This document shows, one piece after another, positions 56,166 to 64,000 of a stretch of DNA of 64,000 bases (position 1 is the first letter of the stretch; each line of letters opens with the position of its first letter). The DNA is from Pyrinomonadaceae bacterium (lineage in GTDB: Bacteria > Acidobacteriota > Blastocatellia > Pyrinomonadales > Pyrinomonadaceae): NCBI GenBank assembly GCA_041497335.1, contig JBGQGG010000028.1:7586-71585 (forward strand), in the 5' to 3' direction. A program made the translations under genes and the position numbers. Under the pieces are notes generated by a model, which saw nothing but the letters and a program-made list of their open reading frames with translations, did not search any database and was not told where the DNA came from.

Positions 56166-57380
56166 TCAAGGCTCGGGAGTGGCACAGACTTCAGTCTGTG
56201 ATCGGTCGCCTGAATCACAGACTAAAGTCTGTGCCACTTCTTCAGATGCCGGAGAACCCAGCGGCACGTTGCCTACGACTTCCAACTCGAAGCCTTCAAG
56301 GGCCGTTACTTTAGGGGGGTGATTGGTCAGCAGCAGGATGCGTCGCAGTCCCAGCTCGTGCAGGATTTGCGCGCCCACGCCGTAATCGCGATTAAGTCCA
56401 TAGCCGGTTTCGGCGCTGGCTTCTGCCTTGGTCGCGCCGCGTTCCTGCATCAACGCATAGGTGCGCAACTGGTGAATCAGATCGAGCCCATGCTCGCTCT
56501 GACGCAGATAAAGGACCACTCCGTTTCCGGCCTCCGCTATCTTCTCCAGCGCGCGCCGAAGCTGATAGCCGGTATCGTCGATCGTCGATCCGAACATGTC
56601 ACAGGTTACATTCTCGCTGTGGACGCGCACCAGCACCGGATCGTCAGAGCGCACGTCGCCCATCACCATCGCCAGGTGCACGTCACCATTGACTGTGTTC
56701 TCAAAAGCGATGGCCCTAAATATTCCGTAGACTGTGGGCAGATCGGTTTCGACCGCGCGCCGCACCAGGACTTCTTTGGTGATGCGATAGCGGACCAGAT
56801 CGGCTACGGTGATGATTTTCAAACCGTGCACGACGGCAAAGTCGCGCAGTTGCGGCAGACGGGCCATCGTTCCATCTTCGTTCATGATTTCGCAGATGAC
56901 GCCGGCAGGATAAAGCCCGGCGATGCGCGCCATGTCTACGGCCGCTTCCGTCTGTCCGGGACGAACCAGCACGCCACCTTTCTTTGCGCGCAACGGAAAG
57001 ATGTGTCCGGGCCGCGCCAGGTCCTGCGGCCTGGTCCGCCGATCGACGGCGGTTTGGATCGTGGTCGCGCGATCCGCGGCTGAGATTCCGGTAGTCACTC
57101 CGCGGCGCGCCTCGATCGAAATCGTGAACGCGGTGCCGAGATGCGAAGTGTTGTCGGCGACCTGCGGCGGCAGGTTCAGTTCATCGCAGCGCTCTTCGGT
57201 CAGCGGCAGGCAGATCAAGCCACGCGCGTGCCGGGCCATGAAATTGATGATTTCGGGAGTGACTTTCTCGGCCGCGCAAACCAGATCGCCTTCATTCTCG
57301 CGGTCCTCGTCGTCCACGATAATGATCATGCGCCCTTCGCGAATATCTGCGGCGGCGTCGGGAATGGAAGCAAATGCCAT
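56166..57380 (-). CDS. ribBA: bifunctional DHBP synthase / GTP cyclohydrolase II
   Basis: [20 protein letters not shown] (RibB) and the RibA core. The last ~24 codons are encoded by a REP doublet (56179-56237). Confidence 0.9.
   Translation of the reverse strand: MAFASIPDAAADIREGRMIIIVDDEDRENEGDLVCAAEKVTPEIINFMARHARGLICLPLTEERCDELNLPPQVADNTSHLGTAFTISIEARRGVTTGISAADRATTIQTAVDRRTRPQDLARPGHIFPLRAKKGGVLVRPGQTEAAVDMARIAGLYPAGVICEIMNEDGTMARLPQLRDFAVVHGLKIITVADLVRYRITKEVLVRRAVETDLPTVYGIFRAIAFENTVNGDVHLAMVMGDVRSDDPVLVRVHSENVTCDMFGSTIDDTGYQLRRALEKIAEAGNGVVLYLRQSEHGLDLIHQLRTYALMQERGATKAEASAETGYGLNRDYGVGAQILHELGLRRILLLTNHPPKVTALEGFELEVVGNVPLGSPASEEVAQTLVCDSGDRSQTEVCATPEP
56179..56237. repeat. REP doublet GTGGCACAGACT..AGTCTGTG, inverted pair, inside the ribBA 3' end
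   Basis: GTGGCACAGACTTCAGTCTGTGAT at 56179-56202 and ATCACAGACTAAAGTCTGTGCCAC at 56214-56237. Confidence 0.8.
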
Positions 57381-57509
57381 TTGGAATTTGTAATCTTAAA
57401 TTTTCTTAAATCTGAGATTCTGCTTACGTATGTTACCGCGCCAGGCTGGGATTTGGCGACTCGGGAGGGCGCTACACGGTGATTGTCGTGAATCTTCTCA
57501 TCGAGACCG

Positions 57510-59615
57510 TCACTGGCTACAGAACCGTCCGTGGTATTCGCTGGACGAAATGAAGGCTTTGACCATTTCCGCGCGAACATAGTCGCCATTGAACTGGTCG
57601 AGCTTAGCGAGCCAGAAGTTATACCCACTCAAATCTGTGTCGGGTCCTTCGTCCGGATTCCGCTGGAGATAGCCGAAATACTGCATCAACACGAAGGCCC
57701 GGTTGAACTCTTTCCGGCGAAAGCCTTCGTCGTTAGCGATGGCGAGCAGCGCTCCTGCGCGCGTCTGACGGCCCGCGCCAAGTTCCGCGATCATCGCGGC
57801 GCGCGCGTCCGGGTTCAGCGTGATACCGGCGTTTGTGGTCAACCGATCTACGAACTGCGCGTCCGTCAGTTGGTCGAATCCAAATTTGAAATCGGCACGC
57901 GCAACCCAGTCGTCAAGAAAAACGCGCGTGTTGTCCGCGAGCGTAGTCTTCCAACCCGGAGCGTTTACTATGACACCGTGCGATGCTGTACGAGCGTCGG
58001 GCAGGAATTCTTCGCGGCGCGGCATCCTTCCATACGAAGCGCGGTAGAGACGGTAAACCAGATCGCCGGTCTCCTGGAACTCGATCGACATGAAGAAGGC
58101 AGCAGAAGTATCTATGCGCTTGCGCTCGAGGCAAGCGGCGTCTGTTCCACAACCGGACGTCAGGTTCTTTGTCCAGAATCCGAAGCCCTGGTCGTCCGGC
58201 CCGCGTCCCAGGAAATCCAGATAGTGCTGCCAGACGAAGACCTCAGGGTCGACCGCAAGGTTGGAGGACGCGGAGCCAATATCGAAGAGTTTGTTCTTCA
58301 GGAAAGCGCCGCGCGATTTCAGGGTAAAGCTGTACGTCCCCGGCGCGAGCACTCCCAGGTCATAAATTTGTTCCGTGGTGTAAATGCCGGCAAGTGAAAT
58401 GCCCGTCCACCGTTCGACTTTGACGTCGGCAGAACGGTCGCTGCCCGAGTTTCCAACCTGTCCCCAATCAACAATCCGGTCGCTGTAGTTGAAGGTAAAT
58501 TTCACCTTGACGAAAGTTCTGCCACCGCAAGCTAACACGTCGATGCTGGCTTGATCTGCAGCAGGGTCAACGGGCACCCATGTTTCTCCCGGTGGACCGG
58601 GTGTCGGAGACGGAGTTGGCGTCGGAGTCGGTGATGGTGGGATGAACGGAGAAGCAAGTCGTTGCCAACTCGGATCCATGTCAAAACTATCCGCGTTCGT
58701 CAAATTCACCAGACCCGTGCCATCCGGATTCATCGTGTAGATTTCGCCGAAACGCCCGTCGCGACTGCTCAGGAAAACGATCTTCGTCCCGTCTGGCGAC
58801 CACTTTGCGTCTGAATCCTGTTCGGGATTATTGGTTAGTCGCGTCTGATTCGAACCGTCCGCGTTCATTATGTAGATTTCAAAGTTGTCGTCGCGGCGAC
58901 TGGTGAAAGTTATGCGCGTGCCGTCGGGCGAGAATGCCGGACTGTGATCGAACTTCGTGTTGTTGGTGATTCGCGTCTGGTTCGAGCCGTCGGCGTTCAT
59001 AACATAGATTTCGTAATTGACTTCGTTGGGCACGCGGTCGCGGATCGTCGAAAAGGCGATCTTCGTTCCGTCTGGTGACCAGCATGGGCTACTGTCGTCC
59101 GCCGGATCGGTTGTCAGGCGCGTTAGTCCGCTGCCGTCTGCGTTGATGACGTAAATGTCCGCGCCATCGGGGCTGCCTTTTGGTATGCCGTTGAAAACGA
59201 TCTTCTTTCCGTCCGGCGACCAATCCGGGAAGCTCGTAATAGAACTAAAGCCGGCGCTGGCGCCATCGAGGATCTGCGTCTGGCCGCTGCCGTCCGGGTT
59301 CATCACAAAGATCCCCTTGAAGTCTCTGAGGAACGCGATCTTCTTGCCGTCGGGAGAAAAAGCTGGACGAGTTTCGCTGGCTGGCGAGTTGGTGATGTTC
59401 CGCTGGTTCTTCCCGTCCGGATCCATCACATAGATTTCACCCGGTGGGCCGTTGCGGTTCGTGACGAAAGCGATTAGGCCGTTGGATTTTCCGGTAGGGT
59501 TTTGCGCGGAGACAGAACGAAACCAGGTCGCGCTTAATGCGCACAGCAAACCCAACGCCGGCAGTGCCAGCATCACGGGGAAGTAGCGAGAGTTAGCCCG
59601 AGGCACTTCTTTCAT
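57510..59615 (-). CDS. secreted TolB-like PD40 beta-propeller protein with C-terminal DUF4214 region
   Basis: Repeated P.(F/W)SPDG(K/T)(K/R)I.F units (at least six), a PSPTPTPTPSPTPGPPG linker, then VWQHYLDFLGRGPDDQGFGFW (DUF4214-like). Confidence 0.75.
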   Translation of the reverse strand: MKEVPRANSRYFPVMLALPALGLLCALSATWFRSVSAQNPTGKSNGLIAFVTNRNGPPGEIYVMDPDGKNQRNITNSPASETRPAFSPDGKKIAFLRDFKGIFVMNPDGSGQTQILDGASAGFSSITSFPDWSPDGKKIVFNGIPKGSPDGADIYVINADGSGLTRLTTDPADDSSPCWSPDGTKIAFSTIRDRVPNEVNYEIYVMNADGSNQTRITNNTKFDHSPAFSPDGTRITFTSRRDDNFEIYIMNADGSNQTRLTNNPEQDSDAKWSPDGTKIVFLSSRDGRFGEIYTMNPDGTGLVNLTNADSFDMDPSWQRLASPFIPPSPTPTPTPSPTPGPPGETWVPVDPAADQASIDVLACGGRTFVKVKFTFNYSDRIVDWGQVGNSGSDRSADVKVERWTGISLAGIYTTEQIYDLGVLAPGTYSFTLKSRGAFLKNKLFDIGSASSNLAVDPEVFVWQHYLDFLGRGPDDQGFGFWTKNLTSGCGTDAACLERKRIDTSAAFFMSIEFQETGDLVYRLYRASYGRMPRREEFLPDARTASHGVIVNAPGWKTTLADNTRVFLDDWVARADFKFGFDQLTDAQFVDRLTTNAGITLNPDARAAMIAELGAGRQTRAGALLAIANDEGFRRKEFNRAFVLMQYFGYLQRNPDEGPDTDLSGYNFWLAKLDQFNGDYVRAEMVKAFISSSEYHGRFCSQ

Positions 59616-59623
59616 GAGGAGCC

Positions 59624-60271
59624 CTACCCTTCCGGCCCGGAATTATTCTCCTCTTCGGACGCGCTGTAAAGAGGAGGGTGGGTGCCGACCGTGAGAATCC
59701 TCTCGACGTACTTGGCAATCACATCCACTTCGATATTCACTTCTTCGCCAGGCTTTAGCTGCGAAAAGTTGGTGACTTCCCAGGTCTTGGGAATGACGGC
59801 AATCTCGAAGTAATCATCAGTCAAAGCGGCGATCGTCAGGCTGATGCCTTCGACTGCGACTGAGCCTTTGAAGACCAGATAGCGCGCAACTTCCTTTGGG
59901 TAAGCAATCCGAAACGTCCATGATTCGCCGTGGCTTTCTGATCCGAGAAATTTTCCACGCGCGTCTACATGACCCTGCACGATGTGGCCGCCCAGGCGCG
60001 TAACGGGTGTGACGGCACGCTCCAAATTCACCGGAGAGCCTTTGCTCAAACTCCCGAGCGTCGAACGCAACAGCGTCTCTTTAGAAACATCCGCCGCGAA
60101 CGAGTCCGGCTTCAGATCAAGCGCAGTCAGGCAGACGCCGTTGACTGAGATCGAATCACCGTTAGTTGATCCTTCGGTGACCGTGCGGGCTTCGATCACG
60201 ATGCGCGCGTCCTCGCCGCGCTTTTCAACCTCGCGCACGCGACCAAGTTCTTCGATGATTCCGGTGAACAT
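59624..60271 (-). CDS. ribE: riboflavin synthase
   Basis: MFTGIIEELGRV, internal duplication with GDSISVNGVCLT / KGSVAVEGISLT. Confidence 0.9.
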   Translation of the reverse strand: MFTGIIEELGRVREVEKRGEDARIVIEARTVTEGSTNGDSISVNGVCLTALDLKPDSFAADVSKETLLRSTLGSLSKGSPVNLERAVTPVTRLGGHIVQGHVDARGKFLGSESHGESWTFRIAYPKEVARYLVFKGSVAVEGISLTIAALTDDYFEIAVIPKTWEVTNFSQLKPGEEVNIEVDVIAKYVERILTVGTHPPLYSASEEENNSGPEG

Positions 60272-60274
60272 AGT

Positions 60275-61135
60275 TCAGGGCTGTTTCTTTTCTGAGCCGT
60301 CGATCGGTCGTAGCAGCACATGTTCAATCTCTTCTGCACCCCACTCGCGATAGGCATCTATAACCCGTTGCAGAATCCCTCGCGCGCCACCCGAAAAGCC
60401 TGCGTCCCAGTCCTTCGAATGTCCCGACGGAGGTGCGATTGGAAGTATCGGCCTTTCACCTCTCTCCCATGCCTTCCGATCGATTTCTTTTTGAAAGTTA
60501 TCTTGAATAAACGTCATCAACGCATCAGCGCCCTTTTCACGGAGAATTCCCAGCAACTGATCTCTTTGCATGCGGGTGCCGGTCCGCCCGCCATCGAGCC
60601 ACTCAGCAATGTGGCATTCGTCTGCGCCCCAGGTCGTGCCATCTGACAGCTCGACAAAGTCAATCCATGCGGCCGGTGCCGGGTCAGAGTTTGCAACGCC
60701 TTGCCATGTGCTCGTTCCCGCCTTTTGCCCAGGTCGCAAAACTCTTCCGGGCAGTACGGGGGTACCCAAGCAAGCCTTTGGCCCGGTAGTTGAGTTGATG
60801 TCGCGGCGTGTTGCGTATGTACGGACTGTCTGTTGACTCACATTCTCGACCACGATGTAGACCTGAACGGCGAATCGGTCGCTGGGAGTGGCCCATGTCA
60901 CATCGGCTGAAGCTATGCGCAAAGGCGCGTCGGGCTGCGGGAGGATTCTGAGTTGCTGGGGGGTCGGTGTATTGGTTGCAGTTGGCGGGTTCTGCGGAGC
61001 TTGCGCTCTGATTGAAAGCGAAAGGCACACAAGCATTGAAATCGAGAACAGGAGTCTCCGATGTGGATCGCTGTAGCGCAGGTCTTCTAAGGTTCTGACG
61101 AACATCAGCGTCGATTGCCAGTTCTTGATCGTCAA
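60275..61135 (-). CDS. hypothetical secreted protein
   Basis: 286-aa ORF. Hydrophobic LLFSISMLVCLSLSIRAQA segment. Start uncertain (TTG 61135 or ATG 61105). No family recognised. Confidence 0.5.
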   Translation of the reverse strand: MTIKNWQSTLMFVRTLEDLRYSDPHRRLLFSISMLVCLSLSIRAQAPQNPPTATNTPTPQQLRILPQPDAPLRIASADVTWATPSDRFAVQVYIVVENVSQQTVRTYATRRDINSTTGPKACLGTPVLPGRVLRPGQKAGTSTWQGVANSDPAPAAWIDFVELSDGTTWGADECHIAEWLDGGRTGTRMQRDQLLGILREKGADALMTFIQDNFQKEIDRKAWERGERPILPIAPPSGHSKDWDAGFSGGARGILQRVIDAYREWGAEEIEHVLLRPIDGSEKKQP

Positions 61136-61254
61136 ATCAACGATCGCATCAAGTAAACCACCAGAAAGACGAAGACTCCGACTCCTAACCCCGCGAGAGT
61201 GAAAATCATCGACCAGATTGCTTCGTTCCTAAATGAAAAGCTGTAGAACTTCAT
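61132..61254 (-). CDS. possible 40-aa single-TM protein, translationally coupled to cmk
   Basis: ATG overlaps the cmk stop (ATGA). MKFYSFSFRNEAIWSMIFTLAGLGVGVFVFLVVYLMRSLI. Below the ORF-track size cutoff. Confidence 0.35.
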   Translation of the reverse strand: MKFYSFSFRNEAIWSMIFTLAGLGVGVFVFLVVYLMRSLI

Positions 61255-61919
61255 GAGCGTTTTTCGACCTCGTTCATCATTCGCTGAAAGACCTCGTCAA
61301 TTGGCTGGCCCGTTGAATCGATCACGATAGCGTCTGAAGCGGCCACCAGCGGCGAATCTGCGCGCGTCGTGTCTCGCCGGTCGCGCTCTGTGATATCGAC
61401 CAGGGTCTGTTCGTAAGTCGCCGCCGGATTATGTTCACGCTCTTCGGCCAGACGTCGTTCCGCTCTTTCTTCCAGTGCCGCGGTCAAAAAGAACTTAACG
61501 TCCGCATCGGGAAAAACCACCGTCCCGATGTCGCGTCCATTCATCACGGCCCCGCGCCGGCCTAATTCACGCTGACGTTCGACCATCGCCCGCCGCACCG
61601 CGGGAATCGTTGAAATGATCGAAGAGATGTTAGTCACATCTTCGTCGCGGATGCGATCAGAGACGTCGCAGCCATCGAGTGTTACGCGCAGCGAATCCGG
61701 CTCGCCCGCGAGATCGATGTCGATTCTTTCCGCCAGTGAGCCGACAGCCACATCATCAGTCTCGTTTACTGTGGATTCAATCACCGCCAGCGCCACCGCT
61801 CGATACATCGACCCCGTGTCGATATAGAGCAAACCCAACTCGCGCGCAAGCATCCGCCCCAGCGTGGATTTACCCGAGCCGGACGGACCATCGATGGCAA
61901 TGATTAAAGGTTGCGACAT
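61251..61919 (-). CDS. cmk: cytidylate kinase
   Basis: IIAIDGPSGSGKSTLGRMLARELGLLYIDTGSMYRAVA. Confidence 0.9.
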   Translation of the reverse strand: MSQPLIIAIDGPSGSGKSTLGRMLARELGLLYIDTGSMYRAVALAVIESTVNETDDVAVGSLAERIDIDLAGEPDSLRVTLDGCDVSDRIRDEDVTNISSIISTIPAVRRAMVERQRELGRRGAVMNGRDIGTVVFPDADVKFFLTAALEERAERRLAEEREHNPAATYEQTLVDITERDRRDTTRADSPLVAASDAIVIDSTGQPIDEVFQRMMNEVEKRS

Positions 61920-61982
61920 TCTTCGAAAGATTGATAAGGATATTAGCGCTTTTCATCACTATGCGGTCAAGGGCTCTTGATG

Positions 61983-62032
61983 TGGCACGCGCATCCTGCG
62001 CGTGAAAATAACGGGCTGGAGGCCCGTGCCAA
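61983..62032. repeat. REP family GTGGCACGCGC..GCGCGTGA..ACGGGC..GCCCGTGCCA, copy 2
   Basis: Same two-hairpin architecture as 16502-16550. Confidence 0.75.
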
Positions 62033-62040
62033 TTTCCAGC

Positions 62041-62077
62041 AAAAAAGCAATCACCCGAAGCTCTTCACTTCGGGTGA
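62041..62077 (-). terminator. intrinsic terminator for the minus-strand gene ending at 62151
   Basis: 10-bp stem TCACCCGAAG/CTTCGGGTGA with a 7-nt loop at 62051-62077, followed on the minus strand by TTGCTTTTTT. Confidence 0.6.
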
Positions 62078-62150
62078 CTGCCGTCTCAGCTTGCAGCGGA
62101 GTTCTCCTGTTTTTGAATCTACTGCTCGCTGATCTCTAAACCGCCTTTTA

Positions 62151-62519
62151 CTATTGTTTGCGCAGCGCGACGCTTTCGGTCTTCGCGTTGATTCCGGCCA
62201 TTTCGCGCTCAGTAGCGCGCTCAGCACGGGACCTGGCCGCTTGCAATCCGGAGTTCTCTCCGTCGACCCACGCCTGAGCAAAGAAGTAGTGGTTATCGTA
62301 GCGCCGAAAGATCAGCTTCCCGTTTTCCTGCGCCCTGCCGATCACGGAACCCATCTGGATCATCGCGCCGGCGCTGCCGTCTTTGCTCCTGAGTTGCAAC
62401 ACGGCGTGATCGGAAGCGGGATTAACCTGACGAACCGTGTACTCGCCCGCCGGCAGAGTCTTATTGCCAACGCTGAACTGAAACGGAATGTTGGCGATCA
62501 ACTGCAACAGCACCGCCAT
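62151..62519 (-). CDS. hypothetical small protein
   Basis: 122 aa. IPFQFSVGNKTLPAGEYTV...LIFRRYDNHYFFAQAWV looks like a genuine small beta-rich protein. Preferred over the antisense 5' extension of ORF 62154..63830. Confidence 0.5.
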   Translation of the reverse strand: MAVLLQLIANIPFQFSVGNKTLPAGEYTVRQVNPASDHAVLQLRSKDGSAGAMIQMGSVIGRAQENGKLIFRRYDNHYFFAQAWVDGENSGLQAARSRAERATEREMAGINAKTESVALRKQ

Positions 62520-62594
62520 CGAATGTTGCGCGAGAAGATCGCGCTCGGGCTTAGGTACTGCCGGATCGAATCGATAGCCAGGAGATCCCTCAAC

Positions 62595-63830
62595 ATGAAG
62601 ACTTACTTCCCTGCCATTTTCATCACGATATTACTCATCAGCGCGAGCACCGTAACGATGGCCCAGTCCTCAGTGACCGGCGCGATCAGCGGCACAGTTA
62701 CCGATCCGAACAAAGCAGTCGTGCTCGGCGCCGCAGTCGCCGTTCGCAATATCGAGAACAACAAAGAAAGCACAGCGACAACAGATGGTGAAGGGCGCTT
62801 TCGTATCGTTGAACTGCAACCCGGTACTTATTCGGTTAGGGTAACCATGCAGAACTTCCGTCCTTTTTTAGTAGAAAATATTTTGGTCGAGGTTGGCCGC
62901 GTCACGACTATCGATGTGCCACTGACCGTCGGAATGGCGGAACCCGGGATCGTTACCATCAGCACTACACCAATTATTAACACAATGCAGCAGGACTTCT
63001 CGGCGAACATTAATCAAACCGCGCTTAACGAACTGCCCATCAACGGCCGCCGCTGGTCCAACTTCGCCTTGGGCACGCCGGCAGCGGCGCCCGACGGTGG
63101 CTTTGGTCTGGTCAGTTTTCGTGGCATTAGCGGACTCTTGAACAACAACACAATCGACGGCGGCGACAACAATCAGGCGTTCTTTTCCGAAGAGCGCGGA
63201 CGCACACGCATTAGTTATGTGATCGGTCTGGATTCGATCCGCGAATTTCAGGTCAACGCGTCGAACTATTCCGCAGAGTACGGGCGCGCCGCTGGCGGCG
63301 TCGTCAACGCTATCACCAAGAGCGGCACAAACGAGTTTCACGGTTCAGTCTTTTATTACGATCGAGATAGCAAGCTGGGGGCGCGAAATCCGCTTAGTTT
63401 TCAGACCTTCCTGATAAACGGAGTGTTGACCCCCTTTGCGATTAAGCCAATAGATAAACGCGAACAGTTTGGCGGCACGGTCGGCGGACCAATTCTGAAG
63501 AATCGGGTTTTTTTCTTTTTCAGCTATGACCAGCAGAAGCGAAACTTTCCGGGAGTTGCGACGACCGGCAATCCCGCTTTTTTCACCACGGTCAATAGAG
63601 GCGACACCGGCGCCGGCCTTAAGGCGCCTAATCGGCTCTTAACGGATGCGCAGATCGATTCAACCATTGCGTTTCTAACAGGCTTATTGGGCGAAGTGCC
63701 GCGCCGTGGCGACCAGAAGATCATCTTGCCTAAAGTCGAAGCGCTCGACTGGACAGACAAAAGCAACAGCCACTGCCACAGAAACTCAAAACGCGCCAAT
63801 AACTTCGAGCGCGCAGTATCTCCTGAGTGA
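62595..63830 (+). pseudogene. TonB-dependent receptor-like protein with CarboxypepD_reg N-domain, apparently truncated
   Basis: AGGAG then ATG 62595. Signal peptide, GAISGTVTDPNKAVVLGAAVAVRN...TDGEGRFRIVELQPGTYSV, plug-like region. The frame ends after about 411 aa, whereas this family normally exceeds 900 aa. Confidence 0.55.
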
Positions 63831-64000
63831 GATAAGAACTCATAAACTCGTCACAATCGCCGCGCTGTTGGTTTTGACGGTCGGCATCACAGCTCTTTAC
63901 TATTTCACCCGCCGCAGTGTCTCGAACAAACCAACCGGCAACGATACGATAGATTCGATTGCCGTCCTGCCTTTTACAAACGCCGCGCGAGATCCGAACG
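63706..64000 (+). other. open frame to window end resembling the linker-TM-periplasmic start of a membrane-anchored regulator or kinase; N-terminal domain missing
   Basis: +1 frame relative to the receptor: ...APITSSAQYLLSEIRTHKLVTIAALLVLTVGITALYYF...DSIAVLPFTNAARDPN. Only a GTG at 63706 could serve as a start. Confidence 0.3.

Noticed and set aside
57381-57509. FMN riboswitch upstream of ribBA
   Set aside because: The reverse-strand sequence lacks the conserved RFN elements I know (GGATGGG / CCGAC-type junctions), and the spacer is short. Not supported by eye.
62154-62594. N-terminal 147-aa extension of the TonB-receptor ORF
   Set aside because: The receptor has its own AGGAG plus ATG and a signal peptide at 62595. 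The extension is antisense to a more protein-like ORF (62151..62519) and looks like junk.

Overview
High-G+C chromosomal segment, probably from an Acidobacteriota genome. That placement is an inference from an acidobacterial-type VWFA protein, tandem GWxTD proteins, a CarboxypepD_reg-type TonB receptor and the style of the intergenic palindromes. Core content, left to right: purF; a purine-catabolism cluster (three xanthine-dehydrogenase-family subunits, allantoinase, allantoicase, OHCU decarboxylase, HIU hydrolase, PuuD-like membrane protein); EVE protein; bcp; MFS transporter; msrPQ; methyltransferase; a split peroxiredoxin; VWA protein; SurA-like/DsbA fusion; ATP-dependent DNA ligase; tatA-tatC; two GWxTD paralogues; rlmN; pgeF; acpS; a minus-strand envelope run (mrcA-like PBP1A, patatin, SurA-like chaperone, bamA, tamB); ribBA, ribE, cmk; and a truncated TonB-dependent receptor. 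I saw no rRNA, tRNA, CRISPR array, integrase or prophage. Small accessory patches have visibly lower G+C: a toxin-antitoxin-like pair bracketed by a duplicated purF 3' end; an IS200-like (RAYT-type) gene flanked by its own REP copies; HEPN-like genes (one frameshifted); three unrelated genes plus a gene fragment inside the xdh operon; an orphan gene after acpS; and a 1-kb ORF-free stretch. The best leads are (1) a peroxiredoxin whose only defect is a TGA exactly at the peroxidatic Cys position, followed by a hairpin, so a selenocysteine candidate; (2) low-complexity 'stutter' palindromes at almost every gene boundary of the envelope run, two of which supply signal-peptide codons (for bamA, its whole apparent signal peptide); and (3) REP-derived sequence inside coding regions (xdh large subunit, ribBA C-terminus). 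I did not find a convincing multi-gene novel system. All family assignments come from motif recognition by eye and need HMM or BLAST confirmation.
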